From Dehalococcoidia bacterium (lineage in GTDB: Bacteria; Chloroflexota; Dehalococcoidia; Lucifugimonadales; G963668185), in contig OZ250142.1 of assembly GCA_965237445.1 (NCBI GenBank), positions 176,153 to 240,152 of the forward strand: DNA of 64,000 nucleotides. The letters run 5' to 3'. Each line of letters starts with the position of its first letter. The first letter of the stretch is position 1. A program made the translations under genes and the position numbers. Of the stretch, positions 37,121 through 45,154 are shown one piece after another. A model generated the notes under the pieces. It was given only the letters and a program-made list of their open reading frames with translations, did no database searches and was not told where the DNA came from.

Positions 37121-37927
37121 CTACTCCGTTCGGCCCTTGAGTCGTGCCACGAACTCCCCGGCGCGCGCCGCGGCCTCCCCTTTGGCGGCGCGGCCCACCT
37201 CGTCCATCAGTGCGCTGCCCACTGCAACGCCATCGGCGAACCCGGCGACCGTCTCCACATGCTCGCGCCGTGATATACCGAACCCAACCAGGATTGGGAG
37301 CTCGGTGTGCTCGCGTATCCTGTTCACAAGACTTTGCACCCCTGCCGACAGCGCGGTCCTGGCGCCGGTTACACCGGTCACCCCCACGCAGTAGATGAAC
37401 CCGTCCGCATGTTCGCAGGCGTGCGCGATCCTTTCGGCCGTGCTCGTGGGCGCCAGCAGCGGTATCAGCGACAGGCCGCGGCTCCTGCAGATCGCCCGGA
37501 AGCCGTCCGACTCTTCCGCCGGCAGGTCCGGCGCTATCACGCCGTTCACACCGGCCCGGGCGGCATCTTCCGCAAACGTCTCTAGTCCCCGCCTTAGGAA
37601 GGGATTGTAGTACCCCATTAGTATGAGCGGCGCGACCACGCCTCTCGACCTCAGCTCGCGCGCGGCATCCAGGCACGTGTCCAGCGTAACGCCCCGTTCC
37701 AGCGCATGCTGGCTGGTCATCTGAATCGTCGGGCCCTCCGCCAGCGGGTCGCTGAACGGCACTCCGAGCTCGACCATGTCCGCGCCCATCTCGATTATGG
37801 ACTGCGCGACGTCGATCGACGTCTGCACATCCGGGAACCCGACGGTGACGAACGGCGCCACGGCGGGCTCGCCTGTCTCGCGCAAGGCGTTCAGGACAGC
37901 GCCGATCCTGTTGGTCCCGTTTTGCAT
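37121..37927 (-). CDS. trpA: tryptophan synthase alpha chain
   Basis: 268 aa with the typical TrpA segments FVTVGFPD, ELGVPFSDPLAEGPTIQ and GFGIS. No trpB is adjacent. Confidence 0.9.
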   Translation of the reverse strand: MQNGTNRIGAVLNALRETGEPAVAPFVTVGFPDVQTSIDVAQSIIEMGADMVELGVPFSDPLAEGPTIQMTSQHALERGVTLDTCLDAARELRSRGVVAPLILMGYYNPFLRRGLETFAEDAARAGVNGVIAPDLPAEESDGFRAICRSRGLSLIPLLAPTSTAERIAHACEHADGFIYCVGVTGVTGARTALSAGVQSLVNRIREHTELPILVGFGISRREHVETVAGFADGVAVGSALMDEVGRAAKGEAAARAGEFVARLKGRTE

Positions 37928-37962
37928 TCGCGCGCTCGGCGCGGCGTTCCGGCTAACTTCAG

Positions 37963-38601
37963 CTAGCCTATCCAGGCAACGTCGCCGTGGAGGTCGTCTG
38001 GGTGGTCCTTCGACTGGAACACAGCGAAATCTTCCTTGGACTTCTTCAGTTCGCCGTCATCGCCGTGGCCGGGATAGATCTTGAAGTCGTCGTCCAGCAC
38101 GAGCAGCCTGGACGAGACACTCTCCACCAACTGCTTGAACGACGCCGGCGAGTCCGACTTCCCTGGGCCGCCCGGGAACAGCGTATCCCCGCTGAACAGG
38201 TGATTTCCGATTATCAAGCACGTCGATCCGGGAGTGTGGCCGGGAGTGAAGATCGCCTTGAGCGAAACCGTTCCCGCCTTGATCTCGTCGCCGTCCTCCA
38301 TGAAGAAGTCGGCGTCCCTGGGCAGATTGTGGTTGTCGTCGCGGCCGATGCCCACGGGAGCGCTAAGAGCCTGCGTTACCTCATCGAACGCCTGGATGTG
38401 GTCCCTGTGCCCGTGTGTGATCAGGATGGACTTCACGTCCGTTTCCTTGGCTGCTTCCAGCATCTTGCCAGGGTCTTCGGGCGCATCGATCACGATGCTC
38501 TCGTTGGTCTGCGGACAGACCAGAATGTATGCGTTGTTGTACATCGGGCCGCATACGTACTTGTGGATGGTCAGCGAATCATCCTGGTAGTGGGGGGCCA
38601 A
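37963..38601 (-). CDS. MBL-fold metallo-hydrolase (glyoxalase II-like)
   Basis: 212 aa with the ILITHGHRDH (HxHxDH) motif and downstream TPGHTPGS. Confidence 0.85.
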   Translation of the reverse strand: MAPHYQDDSLTIHKYVCGPMYNNAYILVCPQTNESIVIDAPEDPGKMLEAAKETDVKSILITHGHRDHIQAFDEVTQALSAPVGIGRDDNHNLPRDADFFMEDGDEIKAGTVSLKAIFTPGHTPGSTCLIIGNHLFSGDTLFPGGPGKSDSPASFKQLVESVSSRLLVLDDDFKIYPGHGDDGELKKSKEDFAVFQSKDHPDDLHGDVAWIG

Positions 38602-38884
38602 TTGGCATCTCCTTGCGAGTGAAAGTCTGTCGGCGGCATGCAGCGCATCGACCGCCGGCCCAGCTTCGAATCAGGTTCGCCCGATTATAGCAGCGAGTGC
38701 CGCGCCCCTGCATTCTCGATCTCATTGCCCTGCCCTGCCCGCGAGGCTCGGTGGCCAACGGACTCAAAGCCGGCGCTGACCGTCAAGCCCATACCTCGCG
38801 TGCCGGGAGACGCCCCGGATCTTGGCCTCCGGCAGCCCCGGCGCCTGCTGTTACAATCGGCCTCTCTCTTCAAAGGAGCGCACT

Positions 38885-39157
38885 GTGAGTGAAATGGGCC
38901 TGACCGTTAAGCACGATTCGGGCAGCAAGCGCATCGAGGTGCAGTGCAAGCACCAGAACGGCCTTCTGTACGTTGTTCCGAGCGAGGCGAGCTGGGTGTG
39001 CACCGAAGAACTGCTGCACGCACACTCTCTCGCGGGCTTCTTCAAGCAACTTAGCAGCTTGAACGACCCGAAGGTAAAGGAACTGATGCAGCGTTGGGGG
39101 ATTTACTTCCGCGAGAGGCCGCTAGCTGAAGAGGACGCGGACGGCGGCTCGCGCTAG
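38885..39157 (+). CDS. small hypothetical protein
   Basis: 90 aa from GTG 38885, preceded by an AAAGGAG RBS and a TACAAT -10-like element (about 38851). No family recognised. Confidence 0.45.
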   Translation: MSEMGLTVKHDSGSKRIEVQCKHQNGLLYVVPSEASWVCTEELLHAHSLAGFFKQLSSLNDPKVKELMQRWGIYFRERPLAEEDADGGSR

Positions 39158-39185
39158 CTTCGCGGACCGGGCAGCCTGCCAGGCT

Positions 39186-40043
39186 CTAGTAGTGCCCGGA
39201 TGGGTGCTCCTCTGGCTCCTCACCGGTGGCGTTGATGATCCGGTGCACCACAGGGCTGAAGGCGTCGTCGTCTCCGGGTTCGGTGTCGTCGTCTGACCAG
39301 TCTTTGTACGACACCTTGTCGCGCCTCCCCACTACCTCGTAGCCGATCGGCTCGGACGGCACCTGCATTCGGCGGTCGGACGAGGTCATGCTCGGGAAGG
39401 ACACCGTGCCCGCTTGTGACGGGTGCTTGTACACCTCGCGCAGTATGATCGTGACCTCGTTGCCGTCAACGCTCGTCACCGCCGCCTCGTAGACGTTGCC
39501 CCCCTCTATGAGGCGCAGCAGGCGAGCGCCCAGCCTCGGGTCCACGAACCCGACGTACTCGTCGTACGCGTCCGTCACCCTCAGTCCCTTGCCTGCCAGG
39601 ACCAGCTTGAGCGGCTTGCCTGGAGCCAGCTTGAGCAGTGTCTGGGTAGCTCCGACGCTCGTGAGCGACGTTACGCCCGCGCGGCCGCTCTCTTCAATGA
39701 ATGTCCGCTTGGCCGGAGACGGACCGCCGGAGTTGTTCGAGTCCGGAGCGGTAGCCTCATCGGAGAGCCCGGAGAGCCGGCCCAGGTTCTTATGCGCGAT
39801 CGAGTTCTGAGGGGAGATCTCCAGCGCCTTGCGGAACGCCTCTCTGGCGTCGCTGACCTGCCCTAGCTCGCTCAGTGCCTTGCCAAGTCTGTTGCAAGAC
39901 CCGAGGTCGTCGGGAAACTCATTGAGAATGGCGCGATTGGCGTCTACAGCCTGCGCCCATTGGCCCTCCATTGCAAGTGAGACGGCCTCGCTCACACGCT
40001 CCTTCATCCACTGCTGTCGTTCTCTTTTGGAATGCAAAATCAT
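39186..40043 (-). CDS. TPR-repeat protein with a HIRAN-like C-terminal region
   Basis: ATG 40043. TPR-type helices are WAQAVDANRAILNEFPDDLGSCNRLGKALSELGQVSDAREAFRKALEISPQN. The C-terminal LKLVLAGKGLRVTDAYDEYVGFVDPRLGARLLRLIEGGNVYEAAV is HIRAN-like, and this part of the call is weak. Confidence 0.55.
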   Translation of the reverse strand: MILHSKRERQQWMKERVSEAVSLAMEGQWAQAVDANRAILNEFPDDLGSCNRLGKALSELGQVSDAREAFRKALEISPQNSIAHKNLGRLSGLSDEATAPDSNNSGGPSPAKRTFIEESGRAGVTSLTSVGATQTLLKLAPGKPLKLVLAGKGLRVTDAYDEYVGFVDPRLGARLLRLIEGGNVYEAAVTSVDGNEVTIILREVYKHPSQAGTVSFPSMTSSDRRMQVPSEPIGYEVVGRRDKVSYKDWSDDDTEPGDDDAFSPVVHRIINATGEEPEEHPSGHY

Positions 40044-40115
40044 AGATGCCCCTAGTAAAGGCGGGCGCATTCTAGCCGAGCGATATTGGGTTCGCAAGCA
40101 GTATTGAAGCCCTCG

Positions 40116-40841
40116 TCAAGACTGTTTGGGCGGACCCTTGAAACGCAGGGGAGGCAGCTTCCAGAGCGCTTCGAGGATGATCGCCCATGACATCTTGGAC
40201 TTGCCCGCCTCCCGTTCCATGAACACAATCGGATGCTCCACAACCCTGGCGCCCATACGCTGGCACGCGTGGGCCACCTCGGCCTGGAACGCGAACCCGT
40301 TGCACCTCAGCCCATCCAGGTCCAGAGCGGCCAGCGTCTCACGTCGGTACGCCTTGAAACCCGATGTCGCGTCGCGGACCCTGAGACCGGCCGCCAGCCG
40401 TATGCCGAGGTTCGCGTACGCGCTCAGCAACTGGCGTCGCCTGCTCCAGCGCTCGTCGACTCCCCCGCCCTCCACGTACCGTGACCCAACCACCACATCG
40501 GCTGACCCTAGCGCCTCGAGGAACACCGGCAAGTACTCGGGCGCGTGGGACAGGTCCGCGTCCATCTGCACCACGTATTTTGAGTCGCTTTCGAGCGCGA
40601 GCTTGAAGCCTTCCACGTACGCCGTGCCCAGCCCCAGCTTCCTGCCCCGTTGGATCACCGAGACGGTCGGGCCCAGGCTCAGCGCGGTCTTCTCTGTCCC
40701 GTCCTGCGACCCGTCGTCTACGATAAGCAACCGCAGGTCCGGCAGGTTCAGGGCAGACAATCGCTCGTACAGCTCATGCAGATTGCCCGCCTCATTGTAG
40801 GTGGGAACGACGACGGTCACCCCTCCCCGCGGCTCAGCCAT
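40116..40841 (-). CDS. GT2 polyprenol-phosphate mannosyltransferase (dolichyl-phosphate mannose synthase-like)
   Basis: 241 aa with VVVPTYNEAGNL, IVDDGSQDGT and QMDADLSH (DxD). Confidence 0.85.
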   Translation of the reverse strand: MAEPRGGVTVVVPTYNEAGNLHELYERLSALNLPDLRLLIVDDGSQDGTEKTALSLGPTVSVIQRGRKLGLGTAYVEGFKLALESDSKYVVQMDADLSHAPEYLPVFLEALGSADVVVGSRYVEGGGVDERWSRRRQLLSAYANLGIRLAAGLRVRDATSGFKAYRRETLAALDLDGLRCNGFAFQAEVAHACQRMGARVVEHPIVFMEREAGKSKMSWAIILEALWKLPPLRFKGPPKQS

Positions 40842-40846
40842 GCCGG

Positions 40847-41566
40847 CTACCCGCTACCTTCCGGGCGAGCGCCGTAAGCGCCGCGCAGACCTCGCAAGCC
40901 AACTCTGAGGACGTCCGCCGCCATGGCGAAGGTGTCGGCGCCGCTCCTGACCTTGCTGTCAGGATTGTGCCGCCAGTCAATCGGCACTTCCGCGATCTTG
41001 AGGCCCCACATGCTGGCCATATGCAGTATCTCCACGTCGAACCCGAATCCTCGAACGCGCTGCAGCTTGAAGAGTTCGGCCGCGACATCGCCCCTGAAGC
41101 ACTTGAAGCCGCACTGAGTATCGTCGAATCCACGCACGGCAACTGTACGGACCAGCCGGTTGAACACCCTGCCCCGGAGGTGGCGCAGGCTCGGCTCGCC
41201 CTCTCTGCTGGATCCGGGAGCCTCGCGCGATCCGATCACGACGTCACACGCATCCTCGGCCAGCCTGGTGAACCGTTCGATCTGGGCAGCGGGCATCGCC
41301 ATGTCCGCATCGCACATCATCCGCAGCGAGCCGGAGGCTGCCAGCATGCCGTGGCGGACGGCCCAGCCCTTTCCCGAATGCGGGATGTTCTCCAGCCTGA
41401 TTCCGGAATTCTGAGATGCGCGCTCCCTGACGACATCCGCAGTACCGTCCGAGCTTCCGTCGTCTACTACGACGATGTCCCATGTGTAACTCTGCTCGCT
41501 CAGGTGGCGGACCAGAACGTCCAGGCTCCCGCTGATCCTCGCTCCCTCGTTGTAGGCCGGGACCAC
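40847..41566 (-). CDS. GT2 glycosyltransferase (dolichyl-phosphate glucosyltransferase-like); 5' end doubtful
   Basis: VPAYNEGARI, VVVDDGSSDGT and CDADMA are present. The only in-frame start is GTG 41566 with no RBS. An ATG at 41594 lies in another frame (see findings). Confidence 0.75.
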   Translation of the reverse strand: MVPAYNEGARISGSLDVLVRHLSEQSYTWDIVVVDDGSSDGTADVVRERASQNSGIRLENIPHSGKGWAVRHGMLAASGSLRMMCDADMAMPAAQIERFTRLAEDACDVVIGSREAPGSSREGEPSLRHLRGRVFNRLVRTVAVRGFDDTQCGFKCFRGDVAAELFKLQRVRGFGFDVEILHMASMWGLKIAEVPIDWRHNPDSKVRSGADTFAMAADVLRVGLRGLRGAYGARPEGSG

Positions 41567-41683
41567 GATGGATAAGGTATGGCCGTTCGTTCATCTGTTG
41601 CTGCGGTGCGATTGCCCGAATGGAGATAGTGTCCTGGCTGAGGCAAGGGAACGAAGTCTAGTCCGGCGCTCGCCCAACCCCAG

Positions 41684-42916
41684 CTATTCTGGCACGTCCA
41701 GGTCGAAGGTCGTGTGAAGGACGCGGGCGGCCTTCGCCACATTGTTCTCATCCACGATGCACGTGATCCGTATCTCGGATGTCGTGATCATCTCAATGTT
41801 TATGCCGCCGTCCGCCAGGGCGCGGAACATCCGCGATGCATAGCCGGGCGCGTTCTGTATGCCCGTGCCCACTATGCTGATCTTTGCAAGACGGTCCGAC
41901 GTCACAACGTCCTGGCAACCCAGTTCATCGGCCAACCCCAACACCACTTCGCGGGCCTTCCGCAAGTCCGGCCGCTCGACCGTAAACGTGAGGTCTGTGG
42001 CTCCTTCCAGGCTGGCGTTCTGCACGATGACGTCCACGCTGACTTCCGCCGCCGCCAAAGGCTCGAAAATGTTTGCCGCCAGCCCAGGCCGGTCCGGCAC
42101 TCCTCTGACCGTGACTTTGCCCACGTTAATGTCCGTGGCAATCCCTCTGACCTTGTTCCTTATTTCGCCAACCTGCGCGTTCATGTCTACCTCCGCGTGA
42201 ATCAGCGTGCCCGGCGCGTCCGAAAAACTGGACGCGACGAGTATCGGGACGTTGTAAACCATGCCGATCTCGATTGACCGGGGGTTCATCTTTGCCCCAT
42301 AGCTGGCCAGTTCCAACATCTCTTCGAACCCGATTTCATCCAGCTTCCAGGCCTTGGGCGTCTGTCTCGGATCGGCGGTGAAGATGCCCTCGACGTCCGT
42401 GTACACCTCGCAGCGGTCTGCTCCGATTCCCGCGGCTAGCGCCACAGCCGTGGTGTCGGATGCGCCGCGGCCGAGCGTGGTTACGTCCATGTCCTCTGTG
42501 ACACCCTGGAACCCCGCCACGATCACGATCCTGCCCCGGTCGAGTTCCCGGAGTAATCTCTCCGGCGCCACGTTCGCGATCATCGCCTTGCCGAACCTGC
42601 TGTCCGTGCGTATCCCCGCCTGTGCTCCGCTCAGGCTTATCGCATCGCACCCCCTTGCCCGCAGGGCCATGGCGAGCAGCGTGGCAGAGACTAGCTCCCC
42701 TGTGGAGAGCAACACGTCCATCTCTCTGGGGTCGGGATTGTCGGAGATGCGATTCGCCATGCGGATTAGGTCGTCAGTGGTGTCCCCCATAGCGGAGACC
42801 ACAGCCACCACCTGGTCACCTTGGTCGCGCGACGACGCGATCCGCGCGGCCACATTGTTGATGAGGTCGGCGTTGGCGAGCGAACTCCCGCCAAACTTCT
42901 GGACTAGCAATGCCAA
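41684..42916 (-). CDS. lysC: aspartate kinase
   Basis: TTG 42916 is preceded by an AGGAGC RBS. LVQKFGGSSLAN and VVSAMGDTTDDL are followed by two C-terminal ACT domains. The 577-aa ORF extension overlaps thrB and is rejected. Confidence 0.9.
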   Translation of the reverse strand: MALLVQKFGGSSLANADLINNVAARIASSRDQGDQVVAVVSAMGDTTDDLIRMANRISDNPDPREMDVLLSTGELVSATLLAMALRARGCDAISLSGAQAGIRTDSRFGKAMIANVAPERLLRELDRGRIVIVAGFQGVTEDMDVTTLGRGASDTTAVALAAGIGADRCEVYTDVEGIFTADPRQTPKAWKLDEIGFEEMLELASYGAKMNPRSIEIGMVYNVPILVASSFSDAPGTLIHAEVDMNAQVGEIRNKVRGIATDINVGKVTVRGVPDRPGLAANIFEPLAAAEVSVDVIVQNASLEGATDLTFTVERPDLRKAREVVLGLADELGCQDVVTSDRLAKISIVGTGIQNAPGYASRMFRALADGGINIEMITTSEIRITCIVDENNVAKAARVLHTTFDLDVPE

Positions 42917-42939
42917 TGTAGAGTGCTCCTGCAGCGGTC

Positions 42940-43848
42940 CTATGCTAGGCAGGCGCCTAGGACCGAGGGGCGCATAACCTTGACGTCGCCTTGGACACCG
43001 GACTTGGCGGCCGCCTCCGACATCTCGTACCCCACCGTCATTTCCTTCTCGGACGTAAACGCCAGCACTGTCGAACCGGAGCCTGAAAGCATTGCCCCAT
43101 GTGCTCCGGCGCCCAGCGCGGCGTTGATTAAGTTCTTCATGGCTGGGAACACAGCCTGGCGTTGGGGTTGGTGCAGCCTGTCCTGCGTGGCAACGCGGAG
43201 CAGGTCCAGGTCCGATTGCGCGAGTGCCGCTACCAACAGGGCCGTCCGCCCAACATTGTACACAGCGTCGGTTCTGGGGACCGTTGGCGCAAGTAGCGTA
43301 CGCGCCTCCGAAGTAGGCATATCGAAGTCCGGAATGAACGCCACAAGTCCGAGCTTGTTCGGCAGCGGCACCTCTGTCGTCACCAGCCTGTTTCTGTCCC
43401 GTACAACGATCTGGCAACCTCCCAGGAGCGCGGCCGCCGCGTTGTCGGGATGCCCTTCGATCTCGGCGGCCAGTGCGAGCAGCTGCTCCTGTGTAAGCTC
43501 TCCTCCGCTCATCTCGTTGGCCGCAAACAGGCCGCCTACCACTGCCGTCGCGCTGCTTCCAAGGCCCTTGAACAGTGGCACCCTGTTGAAACAGCGTACT
43601 GAAACGTCCGGCGTGGATCGCCCGAGCTCGTCGAACACACGGCGGAAGCTCTTCTGGACTAGGTTGGTAGCCTCGGCCATGATCACTCGCCGTCCCTCAC
43701 CCTCGACGATCAGTCCGGGCTCCCCGTACTTGAACTCGAGCGTGTTTCTCAGGTCGAGCGCCATGCCAAGGCCAAGGCAGCGCTTCAACTCGAACCCCGG
43801 TCCGAGGTTCGCCGTGGTCGCCGGTACACTCACACTCAGCACCTTCAA
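42940..43848 (-). CDS. thrB: homoserine kinase
   Basis: 302 aa with the GHMP kinase motifs TTANLGPGF and PLFKGLGSSATAV. The start is TTG. Confidence 0.85.
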   Translation of the reverse strand: MKVLSVSVPATTANLGPGFELKRCLGLGMALDLRNTLEFKYGEPGLIVEGEGRRVIMAEATNLVQKSFRRVFDELGRSTPDVSVRCFNRVPLFKGLGSSATAVVGGLFAANEMSGGELTQEQLLALAAEIEGHPDNAAAALLGGCQIVVRDRNRLVTTEVPLPNKLGLVAFIPDFDMPTSEARTLLAPTVPRTDAVYNVGRTALLVAALAQSDLDLLRVATQDRLHQPQRQAVFPAMKNLINAALGAGAHGAMLSGSGSTVLAFTSEKEMTVGYEMSEAAAKSGVQGDVKVMRPSVLGACLA

Positions 43849-43854
43849 CTCTGT

Positions 43855-44700
43855 TCATTGGAGACCTTTGTTTCCCACCGGTTGGGGAAGGTCGTTCATG
43901 TTACGGCCCTTACGAACAGCCTGCGTCTCATAAGATTGTACATAAGTCCGCATGCCATTTCGGGACCTTGCCGCGCAAGACTCAAAGACCTTCTCACGAA
44001 TGGCCTATCACCCTCGCGCGCTGAGCGTATGGATCATCCGGCGAGAATGTTCCCCACCATTGATGAAGGCCCACCCCGACCTTCCCCACGAATGTTGGTT
44101 ACGCAAACGTTCCCCATGATGGAGACCTTTGCATAACTCCCGAATCGACCATTGGGCAGGCATTGCGCGACCTCCGGCCCCTTCCCCAGTCTGCTGGGGA
44201 AGGTCGGGATGGGGTTCTCTTCCCCACGAAAGTTGGTTACGCAAAGCTCGTCGCCGACGCTGGATACCCTCAGGGACCAACCTTGCCGACTGCGCGTCCT
44301 CCGGACACCGCGTGCTCATGCCAGACACCCATGGAGACCTTCGCATAACCCCCGGCAACACCTCATCTTCAAACACGTTCAGAAGAACGGCTACAGACTC
44401 AGGCCACAAAATCCCCGGTCGTTCCATAAGAGTCAGCGAATACGAACCGGAGTTGAGACGACACAGAGAGTTGATGTCTACCGAGGCTGCCAGATCGATG
44501 TACAAGCGGCGTCAGGGGCTGGTCGAGCCGGTGTTCGGCCTCCTGAAGGAATGCCACGGCGCCAGGCGGTTCCTGCTGCGAGGTCGCGAGAACGTCCTCT
44601 CCGAGTGGTGTCTGCTGGCTGCGGCGTTCAACCTCAAAAGCCTTCATAGGGTCTGGAGTGCAGCCTCGCCGTCGGACTCGCCTCACACCGGCTCGCCACG
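43855..44700 (+). mobile_element. degenerate, internally rearranged IS1182/IS5-superfamily remnant
   Basis: Transposase-like fragments are KLVADAGY (about 44246-44269) and EYEPELRRHRELMSTEAARSMYKRRQGLVEPVFGLLKECHGARRFLLRGRENVLSEWCLLAAAFNLKSL (44438-44653). Duplicated pieces are TTCCCCACGAA(T/A)GTTGGTTACGCAAA at 44082-44107 and 44220-44245; GGAGACCTT(T/C)G at 43860, 44121 and 44333; and GGGGAAGGTCG at 43884 and 44196 with its inverse at 44077. Confidence 0.65.
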
Positions 44701-45154
44701 ACTACATCCACGCTGTGGTCGCGGCGCCATTGAAGCCACGCGCAACCACCACGTACCACGGCGGACGGCCCAACCATGCCTCGCCACTCGCCGACTCTAT
44801 ACTGTTTACCGGTCTTCGCCCGTCACATGCCCCTCCTCCCACAATCTCTGCACACCTCACGAAACTATGAGACACTACGTGGGAGAGGGTAACCGAGGGG
44901 GTGAGGGGGAGTTCCCGCTCCCATGATGGGAGAAGGCTGGACACTTCCCTTGGAAAGGGGACTCTCTATTGAAAAACCTAACCTGAGTCTCCCGAACTTT
45001 CAAAGACTTCTCAACTGCGACCAACGCCGCGCGGCAGACCCTGCCAATGTTCCCTACGCCTCTTGCTACAATTCCCTCCGAACAGCCAGATACGGAAGCC
45101 GCCTTGACCTCTTTCACAACAGCATCAACACCCCCTAGCCCTGGCACGGCCGCC

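Noticed and set aside
38655-38685. T-loop-like CTTCGAATC / GGTTCGCC strings suggesting a tRNA.
   Set aside because: No acceptor, D or anticodon stems can be drawn around them. I found no tRNA, rRNA, tmRNA or RNase P signature anywhere in the window by eye. A tRNAscan/Infernal run would be needed to be certain.
42917-43417. N-terminal 167-aa extension of the aspartate kinase ORF (the 577-aa call).
   Set aside because: The extension overlaps the 3' half of thrB in another frame and is low-complexity. A TTG with an AGGAGC RBS at 42916 gives the canonical MALLVQKFGGSS start.
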